Positions 13,991 to 26,262 of a DNA stretch of 64,000 bases are shown here, piece after piece. Position 1 is the first letter of the stretch; each line of letters begins with the position of its first letter. The translations under genes were made by a program, and so were the position numbers. Under the pieces are notes generated by a model. That model saw nothing but the letters and a program-made list of their open reading frames with translations, did not search any database and was not told the origin of the DNA. Source of the DNA: Lama glama (lineage: Eukaryota); the NCBI GenBank assembly GCA_028534125.1, contig CM052817.1, positions 18,974,001 through 19,038,000 on the forward strand, read 5' to 3'.

Positions 13991-14109
13991 TTCCCTGAGA
14001 ACTTTAACACTCTCCTGTTTGAATCTTACTTCTCATAATTATGGTTTTATTTTGTCTGTGTTCCTTTCTTTCTTTGACATAATTGTTGTTCCTAAATTTT
14101 TATTCTCAC

Positions 14110-14570
14110 TATATCCATCCTGTACTCCAAGAAACAGACATTAAGCAGGATAAGCCATGGAAGAGAGGTATCAAAAATAAAACATGTGAAGGATCCATGG
14201 TGAGGGAATGAGTGTAGGTAAGGAAAGCCTTCAGACCACAATGTAGATATGACACCATTGGAAATTGGGAAAGAGAAAGGATTAGGTATTTCTCAGATAA
14301 TTCTGAGAAAATTTTAGCCATGTATATATGAGGAGCTCCTGAGCAAAGGCTACCTGTTGAAGAAGTCCTGCATCAGGTGGGATCGGGCCATCTCTGGTAC
14401 CCGCACTGCCCACAGTCACTGATGGGAGTGGAATGAGGAGCATCTGGTCTTACCATAAACACCATAGTGGATTCCAAGGGGCAGAAGCTGATGGAAGCTG
14501 TCAGTCCACTCCGTTTCCCTAGGAGTTCTCTCGGGTGAGATCAGAGCAGCACACCTTCACGGCCACTGCA
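14110..14570 (-). mobile_element. LTR16-like ERVL LTR (3' LTR of the adjacent internal region)
   Basis: The minus strand reads PPT-like 'aacaaggggtgaac' then 'tgcagtggcc...'; body resembles LTR16. Confidence 0.65.
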
Positions 14571-15156
14571 GTTCACCCCTTGTTCTGCATAGATCCATTT
14601 ATCCATCCACATTCTGGAGCAGCTACTCCATGGCTCCCTAAAGGAGAATGTAGGAGAGGGAAGTTAATGAGATGAACTATGGTCCCTGCCACTGCCATTG
14701 TTCTTTGGAACACATCCTCTTTGTTTTTCATCGTACATTGAAATTTTCGGTTTTCACCTTCAAAGGGTTTGGTGGCTTATGTGGTAGTGTGAACTACTCC
14801 TAATCCCCCTTTACTGTGAAGAACATTACTGGCCTGAAACTATATTGTGTGAAATTTTATGCTAGTGAATCAGGTATATTGTAAAACTCTAGGTGGTAGA
14901 CTGGCTGAGGTTCTTTGGGCAGAAAAGGTAAATCCATATGTTAAATACTCACATAACTATGAGGATGAACTATTGGCCTTTCTAAAATGGGAGAGACTTC
15001 ATAAAATCTACCTGCCACCAAAAGTCTGATTGAGATAGAATTCAACATCAGGGCTCCATCATCGGCAGCAACGTGGAAGACATGGAGAACTGGGCTACTT
15101 GTTCATGAAGCTTACATGTGCCCTCTGGTCCTGTTCAAGCTCAAGACCTCTGGTGG
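14571..15156 (-). mobile_element. ERVL-class internal region (ERV3-16A3-like) with integrase remnant
   Basis: Minus strand from 15020 reads WWQVDF..LPF*KGQ*FIL..., matching the ERVL integrase motif WWQVDYIGPLP..KGQ.FVL; contains stops. Confidence 0.7.
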
Positions 15157-15605
15157 TGCCATGTATTGAATTATGTCCTCCTACAGTATATACTGAAGTT
15201 GAACCCCCAGGACTTGTGGATGTGACTACTTTGAAATAGTGTCTTTGGAAATGTAATCAAGTTAAGATGAGGTCATTATGGTGGAACCTAATTCAATATG
15301 ACTGATATTGTTAAAAGAGGTGAACACTGTGTGAAGACAGAGACACAAGGAGAATGCCATGTAATGCCAGAAATAAAAACTGGATGCAGCTACAAGCCAA
15401 GGAACACCAAGGACTGATGGCCACCACCAGAAGCTAGGAAGACACAAGGAAGGATTATCCTCTACAGGTTTCCGAGGAAGGATGGCCCTGCTGACATCTT
15501 GGTGTTTCACTTCTGGCCTTCAGAACTGTTAGATAAAGCATTTCTGTTGCTGTAGGCCAGCCAATTTTTGGTACTTTATGATGGCAACCCTGGGAAGCTA
15601 ATACA
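15157..15605 (+). mobile_element. MaLR solo LTR, MLT1C-like
   Basis: 'aatcaagttaagatgaggtcat', 'gcagctacaagccaaggaacacc', 'ccaccagaagctaggaaga', ends 'ctaataca'. Confidence 0.9.
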
Positions 15606-15721
15606 CTTGGCTTTCTAGAATATCAGTTTGACTCAGTTGAACTATAGTTCTCAGAATAATCTTTCCAATAGCTTTCAAATGGGTGGACCATAATAGATAC
15701 TGCTGTACCGGCTTTTCAGGG

Positions 15722-16530
15722 TGAAAGTGAAGCAGCCGCATTTTGTTCTTGAAAACACTGAAGTTCAGGTCAGGCCGTTTTGTAATGTGCACACATTGTC
15801 CTTTATCTGCTGGCTCACCTCATTGGTACCCAGGCCTGGCCGCTGTAGGAAGCCTGCACCTACTGCACCTTTACCCGGATCCTCCTTTAGCTTCTTTGAC
15901 TCTTGGACCAGTTGTGTGGGAAAAAGATGCCACCTATTTCATCATGGTTGGAGACGGTGAGAGAGGACATGAGTTCCAGTAGGTCCTGAGTCCCAGCTCG
16001 TGCTTGTAGTTACCAGCCCAGGCTTGTGGATTCCGGCTTGTCTTTGCTGTAGGAAAACAGCTCTGGAAAGTTAAAATGTTTCCACCTAGACCTTATAGGC
16101 AAGGGTTGTTGCTGATTTTGAACTTGGCAGAATACTCTGTGATAGTCCTGGAACATGAGAACGTGGGAGTCTTGTGAGGAACAGGTAAAAGGTCGTCCCA
16201 TATCCACCTCCTGTCTGCCATGGAGTTGCTGGTTCTCTCCGACACTCAGAGCCTGATGAAGTGTGAGGCTTTCTGCCTCACCATCCTTAAAGTGCAGCTG
16301 CAGAATGTAAAACCGCTTAGCTACAGCATGGCATGGTCTTTTCAACTATATGGTGTCCTACAGCCATGATGCTTTATCATGTAGTCTTTTGGTTTAGATG
16401 CCATCCTGTAGGACAAAACTGGCATCTCTGGCTACTCTTGCTTTTAATTTCTATATGAGTAATAAAATCTCTGAACCTAAAAAGTTTTTGTGTTTTTAAT
16501 GGCAGAATCTATCAACTTGGCCTGACATCT
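15722..16530 (+). mobile_element. Solo LTR-like element, family unresolved
   Basis: Starts TG ('tgaaagtgaagcagccgcattttg'), GC-richer than flanks, AATAAA at ~16461 near its 3' end. Confidence 0.5.
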
Positions 16531-16705
16531 GCTGTCCTCAAGTTTATATTCACTTTTTTACCTCTAAGTGCCTGCCCTATGAACCATAAGTGATCAGATG
16601 CAAAGACAACAGCCTTATTGTTTAAAGTCAAATTCATATTAAAAAATATATATGTATGTCTATATATATATATTTATGTGTATATATATGTATGTATATA
16701 TATGA

Positions 16706-17945
16706 ATGGGGAGGGAAAATAATCCACTGTTTTTGGAATTACTGGACCCTGGCACAGAATTCACACTAATCACTGGAGACCCACATCACCATTGTTGGCC
16801 CACCATTCAGATTAGAAGGTTGGAGCAACAGAATTTTAGCTTGCTTTGTTCTTACAGTGAGACCAATGGGTCCTCAAGGCCACCACCGTGTGATGATTTT
16901 CTGAGTTCTGGAATGCAAAGTGGAAATAAACTTCTACAGCAGGTGGCATTGCTATAGTTTTCTGAGTCATAGAGTGGAACTGTTATTGTAGAAAAAGCAT
17001 GTGAAAGCCACTCAAACTATTACTGCATACAAAAATGCTAAGCCAAAAACAATACTAGGTTCCCTGAGAAACTGCAAAGATTAGTGCCATGAACACTTGA
17101 AAGATGAAGCATGGTGATTCCTCCATTCGGTTCTCTTATTTGGCCTGTGACCTAGACACCTAATCTTGGAGAATGAGAATGGATTATTGTGCATTTAATC
17201 AGCAGAGACTCTAACGACAGCTACTGTTCCAGATGTACTTTAATTGTCTGAGCAAATCTGCATGTCTCTTGGCACCTGGTATGTGGGAATTGAGCTGACA
17301 ACTGCATTTCCTCGATCTCTGTTAGGAAAGATCGTTAGAAGCAGCTTTATTTCACCTGGCAGGGCCATTCTTAGGCCCCCTTGCCCCATTTTAGGATTAT
17401 ATCAACTCTCTGGCCCTGTGTCATATCCTGGACCACAAGGACCTTGATCAACTTTCCATTTTGTCATCTCAAGAACAAAAGAATATGCAACAGATCCAGG
17501 CTTCCGTGCAGGCTGGTCTGCCAGCTGGGCCACATGAGTTAGCAGATCTGATGTTGTTTGAGGTATCAGTGGTAGGTAGGGAGGCTTTGTGGAGCCTTTG
17601 ACAGAGCCTTATAGATGCAGACCCTTGGGATTTTTTGAGCAAAGCTATGTTATCTTCTGTAGATAACCATTCTCCTTTGGAGAGTTTTTGAATTGTTCCC
17701 AGGCCTTAGTAGAAGCTGAATGCTTTACCATGGGCTTTCAAGTTAACATGTGATCCAAGCTGCCCATCATGATTCTTTGATCCATAAAGTTGGGCATGTG
17801 TAGCCCCATTCCTCAAGATGAAAGTGGTTTATATGAGATCAGCTTCAAGCACATCCTGAAGGTACAGATAAAATGCAAGAGAAAGTGCCCCAAAGCTCCA
17901 TTGCCTGTGCTTCTGCACTGACTTCTCTTTCTCAGTCTAGGCATA
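16706..17945 (+). pseudogene. Degraded ERVL (HERV-L/MuERV-L-like) pro-pol remnant: protease and RT
   Basis: LLDPGTEFTLITGDP resembles ERVL protease LLDTGSELTLIPGDP; EQICMSLGTWYVGIELTTAF resembles RT EQINTSPGTWYAAIDLANAF; many stops and frameshifts. Confidence 0.85.
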
Positions 17946-17947
17946 TG

Positions 17948-18349
17948 TGTTGACGTTGGAGAAGGTCATCAAGAGGAAGTGACCATCACTTGACCCGAAA
18001 GCTGGACTTGAGGAGTGGAAGGCTCTTACCCACTCCCCATCCTTAGAATGTGCATTCTGTTGGCCTTCCCTGAGCTAGAACCTGCTCCAGGGTCACAGTC
18101 TTGAGAGAGCAATGAGTTGTTGAGACCATACAGATGATATATGTGCCTGAACCCAATTAAGGCTTCTAGATAAACTTTTAAGATTCTGGAGGGTGAATGT
18201 GGAGACCTACTTATGGAGCAGTCACCCAAGACAAGCTGCATATGTGAATTCCCTTGCTTATTAAACCTGCCACCTACCAATTCGGTGTGGCTTACCTCTT
18301 TCTTTGGTCTCTCTTTGTTCTGTGAATGGGGACCAGTTGTGAACCAACA
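17948..18349 (+). mobile_element. Solo LTR inserted into the ERVL pol; same family as the LTR at 27668-28111
   Basis: tgttga...ccaaca termini; shares 'aagctggac', 'gaatgt.cattctg', 'taaacttttaaga', 'cccttgctt.ttaaacctgcc.cctaccaat' with 27668-28111. Confidence 0.75.
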
Positions 18350-18357
18350 GCTGAACA

Positions 18358-18590
18358 GGTGATTGAGGAGTAAATCTCAGCTTTGTTCCCTAACGGTTCT
18401 GTGCAATATGCAGACGTGACCCAGAAGTGGACAGCTGAAGTGCTGCTGCACCAGCCCAGGATGGTCCTGAAAGACGATGCTCTGGGGAACTCTTCCCAGT
18501 GGGCAGAACTTCAAGCAGCACAACTGGTTATTCATTTTGCCTGGAAGGAGAGATCACCAGAGGCTATGGATCTCCCACACTTACGGACTG
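18358..18590 (+). pseudogene. ERVL pol RNase H remnant (continuation of 16706-17945)
   Basis: FPNGSVQYADVTQKWTA...GNSSQWAELQAAQLVIHFAWKE resembles HERV-L FTDGSARYAGTTRKWTA...GKSSQWAELRAVHLVVHFAWKE. Confidence 0.85.
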
Positions 18591-18879
18591 TGGTTCTGCA
18601 GCTCCGACCATCTACCGAAGGATTCTAAAACTACAAATATTTGTCTCTAGTTATTAAAATGCAATAGAATCATTAAACTTAATTTTCCCATGTTTATTAT
18701 TTAATAATATTCTGTGTATTTTTTTCTGTTGTAGTTAACAGTTAAATACTTAAAATAGGACGTTTATAAGTTAATCTTCTTAAGAATTAAAAAAAATCTA
18801 TTTGATAGTCAGATTTGGGGAGTAGTAAAAGAACCTCAAAAAACATCTTAGATTTGAATGAATGAAAGGAAAATGAAAC

Positions 18880-19355
18880 TGTCGACTGAAATAAATGCTC
18901 AGCCTAAAAGCTGAGTGTTATGTTTTACTTGGCGGGAGGACTCGAGCTGGGATGACAGCCTCTCAGATCTCTCTGAGGGACTGCTCCAAAGAGGTAGGGG
19001 AGGAGCTAGGATATATAGGAGCTTTACAGTAAAGACCAGGTAGTTGGAACAATAAAAGATTACTTGTTATCTAAAGAAAACCAGGCATCTCAAGTTAAAG
19101 AATTTAACATTTTTCTATGTATGGGAGGAAGCAAACATTTGGGTTCATTGAATTCATTCTTTTGACAAGCACCTAGCTATCTAGGGCCAGTATCCTGTCC
19201 TTTCTTATTCTGAGTCCCCTCAGGGTGCACCATGGTGAGTGGCTACAGAGGCTGGGCTGCAGGCTTGTGTTCACTGGGGGGTGGCAGCAACCACTGATGA
19301 CTTGGTTTCAGCATTCTTTGTTTACTGATACGGTTTGCAGAATTTTTTGTTCACA
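18880..19355 (-). mobile_element. MER41-like ERV1 solo LTR (lineage-specific)
   Basis: Termini tgtcgactgaaa...ttcaca; 'agcctctcaga..tctctgagggactgctcc.aagaggt' is typical of MER41-like U5/R in reverse. Confidence 0.7.
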
Positions 19356-19864
19356 AGGCTAAGAACAAGATAAGAATAATGGCAACATAACTAGTTTGGT
19401 TGCAGAATCCCAGTTTATTAGGATGTAAGTGTGTAAAGATTTTTGTTGTCTGGCTGCTTTCAACTGTGCTCTACTGAATCTCCCATCTGTACCAGCTTAC
19501 AGAGACTCTTCATACTTGAGGTGGTTTTCACAACTCCTCTGCTCCTTTTGGCCTTTAAAATTTAGTTCAGTCAATTCTTTAAAACTGAATCACCTATCAA
19601 ATCCAAAGTTCTTTTCCTCCTCCCTCACAGGCAAGTCTAATGTGTAGGAACAAATGGTCTTCTCTCGTAACACCCCCTTTTTTTTTTTTCCTCATTTCTT
19701 CTTCTCTGAGATTCTATATTTTCAAGGACTTCATACTAGCACTTGGCCTGAAATTGAAAATGGATTAAAAAAAATGAAAAAAGAGGGAAAGAATAGGCTC
19801 TCAAAATACTCCAGTCTTCACCTAGAGAATGCTTATGTACAACATGCTTTCTCCTATCCACTGG

Positions 19865-19895
<31 letters not shown>

Positions 19896-20965
19896 GATGT
19901 GCAGAAAAAACTGAACTTATAAATAAGGTGATCAAAATTTCTTCAGCAGTTATACTCAGAACAACTTTTTATGATCCTCCTTGAGATCCTAATACATTTG
20001 TGTTTGTCACACTCTGTAAATACCAGTGTACTGTGACTGTTTTAAAAAGCATGGTGACAATTAATCTTTTTATATTAGACTTTGGTGGATTTTGCATTGC
20101 GGATAAAAAAGCAACTATTGATATGGCTGCAGTAGACCTTAAAGATAATTTAGACAAGAGAGATAATGTGATATACCCAAATCCATCATGAGCTGCAGCT
20201 AGAATTCTCCTCTCCTATTTCTTACATCAATTTCTTAAAATGTGAATTAATCGGTAGTGGAAAAGTATTAGATTTATATATTCACATGTATAAAATACAT
20301 AGATACAGAGCTTGGCTGTTTCATTTGATATATTTAATAAAGGAAATGACAAGGAATAAAATGTCTCCTAGCACCTGCATCACAGATGTTAGCAGAGGTG
20401 GAGAGACTCAGCACTATTATAGACTGGTGTATTAAAGCAGTGCTGCTTGGTCACATTTTACTCAAATGCAGTTCTGACAGATATTAGTGAGTATGAGTGA
20501 GAGAAAAAGTTACTTGAAGATAATTGGGAAGGTACCGAGGGTTGGATGGAGAGCGAAGTCTGGAATGGGGATGTTAGGGGCTTGAACATCAGCTGGCTCT
20601 TTCTCTCAACCCCATCTCCCTTTCTCTCTCTTTAGCTTTGAACTTTATTCCCACTCACTTTGCAGGAGAGTGGCCTGCGCTCACATTTTCTGATTCCCAC
20701 AGTCAGAATGAGAAGGAACCATTGTGACAAGCTACAGTACAATAAAACGAGAAAGGGCACAACTCGGTTTCTCATGGGAGATTTCCTATCAATGAACTAT
20801 TTCCTCTGGCTGTGTAGGTGAGGTGAGGCAATCAGAAGACAGCTTGCTTTCAGGCCTCTTCACTTTTCTGGAATAATGAAGACTTGTTTCTCAAAGTGGC
20901 TGGAGTGAGTTACCAATGACCCCAGAAAGAATCAGTGGAAGTTAGGTAGACACTCCTCCCCAACC

Positions 20966-20998
20966 TCCACCACCACCACCACCACCACCACCAACACC
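20966..20998. repeat. (CAC)n microsatellite
   Basis: Repeated ccaccacc units. Confidence 0.9.
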
Positions 20999-21399
20999 AT
21001 TTGAGTATACTAATCTGTTTAACATGATGTGTTGGATAAAAACATGCTCAACATAATCTAAGAGTAGGCTTCCAATACCATAGACCACTGCTTGTTTCTT
21101 AGTTACAAGCACGGGACAATTTCACTGAAATTTTCCTTTATTTGATTCTGAAAAGGTCATTGATATTTCTATTCCAAATCAAATTGCATAGCAATATGAA
21201 AATGCTCAGAGATTTAGGGTTGCATGAATGGTTTTGAATATTCCTGCAGGGTGTAACAGCAGAGCTGACCGGGGCCCCTCAGGCCCCCTGCTAGGCACAG
21301 CCACATCATTTATCACATGCCGCGTTAGGGATGAAATAACAAGTTTGATATTAAATTGGCAAAAAACCCCAAAAACTAAGAAACAAAAATCAGCTCACT

Positions 21400-21999
21400 T
21401 GTTACTGAAGCACAGGTCCTTGCTTCATGACAGAGAGAATTCAGAGACAGACAGGGAGGCCAAGTAAGCAAAGCCAGGATTTCTTAAGCGACAGCACAGT
21501 CCCAAGAGGGCGAGCAGCACAGTCCCAGGAAGGGAGCAGCTGCTCTGAGTTCCTTTGGCAGGTTGGTTGTATGTGGTGTGAAAATGACTGGGCAGAATAT
21601 TCATCGAGGAGGGAGAGGGGTTTCGGGGGTACTTTCCTGGTTTTCATCCCAGCTCCTCCTTCTGGAAGGGGTGGGGAGTTTTTGCCCTTATTTGGCCTCA
21701 CTCAGAACTGTCATGGCATCAGTGCCTGACGGGTGCTTCTTATTTGCAAGGCTGATGTTAGTGTAATGAGGGCATAATGAGCAAAAGGTTGCATTCAGGG
21801 TGCTGGAGGTTCCCACCTTTCTTTGTTTGCCTCTAAGACCCCTGTAGCTCACAAGATGTATGGTTTCCTGTCAGCCCAGAGGTTCCTGCTTTTCTTTGTT
21901 TGCCCCTAAGACCCCTGTTGTCTCAAGATGAATGGTTTCCTGCCACTCGACCCATGCCCTCCCTCTCTGCTCAGGTCTGGCTAACTGCCTGCTCTAACA
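21400..21999 (-). mobile_element. ERV1 solo LTR, MER50-like
   Basis: Minus strand starts 'tgttagagcaggcagttagccagacctgagcag'; tgtta/taaca termini; flanks cact/ctct may be a 4-bp TSD with 1 mismatch. Confidence 0.7.
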
Positions 22000-22019
22000 C
22001 TCTCACATATTGCTGCACA

Positions 22020-24575
22020 TTTTTAAAAACTTTTTTTGGTATGACAGTTTTTTTTTAAAGCAAGTTAAGATTCACAGCGCATTGAGGGAAAGGTGCAGCG
22101 GTTTCCCATCTATTCCCTGCCACCACATGTGTGTAACCTCCCCATTTTTAACGTCTCCCACCAGGGCGACACATTTGTTACAAATGATGAACCTACACTG
22201 ATACATCACGAATACCCAAAGCCCACAGTTTGCATTAGGGATCACTCTTGCCATACCTTCTGTGGGTTTGAACAGCCGTATAATGACATGTAGCCATTGT
22301 CGACTGAAAAATATGTACAATGTGAGAGTTGGGAGTGGAGTTTTATTTGGGGCAAATTGAGGACTAGATCCTGGGAGACAGCATCTCAGACAGCTCTGAG
22401 GAACTGCTCCGAAGAGGTGAGGGGAGCGTCAGTATTATGTATGGTTTTAGTGAAGGCGGGGTACATGCAGTCAAGCACACACTCTGGAAGACGCTTGCAA
22501 GGAGCAGATGTCTCTGGTCATAGTTTTAGTGCTTTTCTAGATATGAGAAGATGTAAGAATTTGGGCTCATAAAATCTTTTGACAATATCTATCTGAAGGC
22601 CTGTTCTGCCAGTTTTTCCCAGAACACAGAGCGCTTCATTCCAGATCTCCACCCTGACCTCCCTTCAGGGTGTGTTGAAGGTGAGTGGCTGCAGCAGTTT
22701 GTGATTTTTAATCCTGTAAAGACTCATGGCGAGTGCTAGTTTTTAGTTGGTGGCATCATGAGGGTATCATCCGTAGTATTTCCACTGCCTGAAAAATCCC
22801 CTGTGCTCTACCTGTACCTTTTAACCCCTGGTAACTCTGATCTTTTAACTGTCTCCATAGTTTTACCTTTTCCAGAATATGGTATATTTGGAATCTTGTA
22901 GTATGTAGCCTTTTCAGATTGGCTTGTTTCACTTAGTAATATGCATTTACGTTTCTTCGTGTCTTTTTATAACTTGATAATTCATTTCAATTTAGTGCTG
23001 AATAATCTTCCATTGTCAGATGTACCACTGTTTATTTATCCATTCACCTACTGAAGGATGTCTTGGTTGCCTCCAAGTTTTGGCAGTTATAAATAAAAAG
23101 CTACGGTAAAAATCTGTGTGCAGGCATTTGTGTGGACATAAGTTTTCAACTCCTTTGGGTAAATACTAAGGAGATCAGTTGCTGGATCACATGGTAAAAG
23201 TATGTGGAGCTTTGTGAGAAACTGCCCAACTGTCTTCCAAAGTGGCTGTACCATTTTGCATTCCCACCAACAATGGATGTGAGTTCCTATTGCTCCATGT
23301 CCTTGTCAGCATTTGGTGTTGTCAGTGTTCTAGATTTTGGTCATTCTAATAGGTGTGTGGTAATATTTAATTGTTTTAATTTTGAATTGTCATAATGACA
23401 TGGTATATAAGCATCTTTTCACATGCTTATTTGACATCTGTATCTTCTTTACTGAGGTGTCTATTAAGGTCTTTGGCCCATTTTTTAAATTGCATTTTAA
23501 TTTTTTTATTGTTGAGTTTTAAGAGTTCTTTGTATATTTTGGATAATAGTCTTTTATTAAGTTGTGTCTTTTGCAAATGCTTTATCTGACAATTTGGTTT
23601 GCCTTATTTTCTTGACATTGTCTTTTATGGAGCATAATTTTTTAATTTTAGTGATATACAAGTTATCAATGATTTCTTTTATTGAGCCTGCCTTTAATGT
23701 TTTATCTAAAAAACTGTGTCATCATACCTAATGTCATCTAGTTTTTCTACTGTGTTATCTTTTAGCAATTTTATGGTTTTGCATTTTACCTTTAGGTCTG
23801 TGATCCATTTTGAGTTCAATTTTGTGAAAGCCGTAAGGTCTGTGTCATTTTTTTTTTAAATATGCAGTTGTTCAGTTGTCCCAGGATTGTTTGTTGAAAA
23901 GACTATCTTTGCTCCTTTATCAAAGATTAGTTGCGAATATATCTCTATGTATGTCTATTTCTGGGCTCCCTGTGTTATTCTGTTGATCTATTGGGCTATT
24001 CTTTCACCAACACCACACTCTATTGATTTCTATAGCTTTATAGTAAGTCTTAAAGTTGGGTAGTGTCAGTTCTGCAACTTTGTTCCTCTCCTTCAGTGTT
24101 GTGCTGGCAGTGCTGGATCTTTCCTCTTTCCTTATAACTTTAGATTCGATTTTTCAGTATCCACATTAAAACTTGCTGGGATTTTGTCTGGGATTACACT
24201 GAATCAAGTTGGGAAAAACTGACATATTGGCGACATTAAGTCTTCTTTAAGAACATAGCCTCTCTACATTTATTTACTTCTCTTTGCCTTTGTTTGTCAG
24301 AGTTTTATCATTTTCCTCAAAGAGTTCTTTGCATATTTCATTAGGTTTATACCTAAGTGTTGTACTTTTTTGGGGTGCTAATGTAAATGATATTGCAGTT
24401 TTAGTTTCAAATTCGACTTGTCCATTGCTCATATAGAGGAAAAAACAATTAAATTTTGTATATTAACCATATATCCTGCAACCTTACCATAATTGCTTAC
24501 AAGCTCCAGTAGTTTTTAAATCTTTTTCAGATGTTCTCCGTAGACAGTCACATCATCTGTAAACAAAGACTGTTT
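22020..24575 (-). mobile_element. L1MC1-like element (3'UTR and ORF2 end), interrupted by an LTR
   Basis: 'acatttgttacaaatgatgaacctacactgatacatca' is the L1MC1 3'UTR; antisense ORF2 phrases continue to ~24575. Confidence 0.85.
22298..22755 (-). mobile_element. MER41-like ERV1 solo LTR nested in L1MC1
   Basis: Termini tgtcgactgaaa...tggca; flanks ccat/tcat; the L1 sequence resumes contiguously after it. Confidence 0.75.
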
Positions 24576-24900
24576 GGTTTCCATGATATTCCTGGAACAT
24601 TCCAGGCTAACTCCTGCTTCAGAGTTTTCTCTCTTACTGTTTCTTGTACATGGGGATTCTAATAGATACAATTACGGCTTACTTCCTTACCTACGTACAC
24701 TTTCAGATCTTTATTCAAACATCATCTTCTTTCTAAGAAGGCTCTTATTTTCTAATATTACAGCACATACCACAGGGAACTACAGTGTTCATGCTTCTGG
24801 CTGTTTCACTGGATGATAAGCTAGTTGGTGCCAAGCACTCTGTTTTATAGTCCTCACGGTGTATCAGACATCTGGCAGAGTGCATGGCATCTAGCAGCTT
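24576..24900 (+). mobile_element. L2 3' fragment
   Basis: 'ttcctggaacattccaggc..ctcctgcttcag', 'ctggatgataagct', 'ctggcagagtgcatggca'. Confidence 0.55.
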
Positions 24901-24924
24901 CCTGCGGTAGAAACATACACATCC

Positions 24925-25460
24925 ATGGTGTCATGGTTGAGGGCACTCATTTGGAATGAGACCAGCATGTCACTGATTCCTGTTTCCCTCACTTTACACT
25001 TGTGTTAATTTGCTCAGATGCCAATTGATTATCGTTTTATTCCTTTTTAAAATTAGTTTTATTAGTCATTTTGCTGAGACACTCATTTGCAATTGCTTCA
25101 TATGTAAAAATGGGGAAAATAAAAGCAGCGAGCTCAGAGGACTGTTGTGAGCATGCAAGTGCCTACTGCAGCGTCTGACACATGGAAAGTACTCAGGGAA
25201 CCTTAGCTGTTGGCATAGCACGAGGGGTGGGGGGGGCGTGGACTCCAGAGCAAACCATCTAGATTCGAATGGCAGCCTCATCAGGCGAGCTGGGTGACGC
25301 AAGTTGCTTCACCTCTGCAACTCACACGCTTACCTGTAAAAATTGAGGTTATAATAGTTTATAACTTATAGAGTTATTCTGAGAATTATTTGAGTTATGC
25401 AAGGATATACATAAAATAGCTCTTGGTTCCTATAATAAGCACTTTATAAACATTTATTAT
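24925..25460 (+). mobile_element. Two tandem MIR SINEs
   Basis: Two MIR cores: 'atatgtaaaaatggggaaaataa' and 'gcaagttgcttcacctctg...cctgtaaaaattgaggttataatag'. Confidence 0.65.
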
Positions 25461-26174
25461 TATTTATTTGCAAATTGCGATGGGGGCTTTACTTACACCC
25501 ATATTTCCCAAGCTCTGCCGATAGACTCCTTTTTCTCTTTTTTTTTAGTGTAGGATTAATTTCTTTTTTTTAATTGAGCTGTAATCAGTTACAAGTTGAC
25601 AATTCTTTTATTTTAATACATTTTTTCCAATCTGTGGGAAAATCCTGAAATGTAAGTATACACCTAACACAACCTTATTTCAGTCTCTTATCAGGCTGGG
25701 TCTGGGCGATTGCCACAGTCTCCTAATAGCCTCCTGTTTTCCTGTTTTCTTTCTCCCAAATCCATCCTCTAACTTTCCTTTAGGTGATCTCCCTGATAGC
25801 CGCTCCCATCCTTAAAGTGCCTCAATGACCCTCTCCTGCATAAATAAATTTCCTGCCTTAGGACACTCAACTATATTACTTGGTTTCTTTTTTCTCTTTT
25901 AGTATCTTTACAATCATAGAAGGCCCCTCCATTCCCTACCTGTCATTCTTACACCTTTGGGTTTTTTCATATGTTGTTTCTTCTACTTAAAATTCTTTTC
26001 TCTCGTCTCTCTGATTTTGCCTGCTCAACTCCTGTCTAGCCTTCTAGACTTAGCACACGTGACATTTTCCCTGTCACTCCCCACACAACATAAGCCCAGT
26101 TAAGCAACCTGACCCTGTGGTCTAAGAACAGGCCACTGATATTTGTGTTTTTATTTGTTTTATCGACTAGATTT

Positions 26175-26262
26175 TCTTTTCTCCTTTCCTTTCCTTTCCT
26201 TTCCTTTCCTTTCCTTTCCTTTCCTTCCTTCCTCTTTCTTTCCTTCCTTCCTTTCTCTCTTT
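26175..26262. repeat. (TTTCC)n / polypyrimidine simple repeat
   Basis: Tandem ttcct units. Confidence 0.95.

Noticed and set aside
13665..14144. Longest ORF in the window (159 aa)
   Set aside because: Overlaps a degraded MaLR LTR; no recognisable domain; composition typical of a chance ORF.
16706..18628. Possible domesticated retroviral gene
   Set aside because: Multiple stops and frameshifts, altered catalytic motifs and an LTR insertion indicate neutral decay.
20000..20191. 63-aa ORF in apparently unique DNA
   Set aside because: No recognisable family or exon structure; ORFs on both strands suggest chance.
18880..22755. Two MER41-like LTRs as the ends of one provirus
   Set aside because: Different U3 regions, the second is nested in L1MC1 with its own TSD-like flanks, and the intervening DNA is not retroviral.
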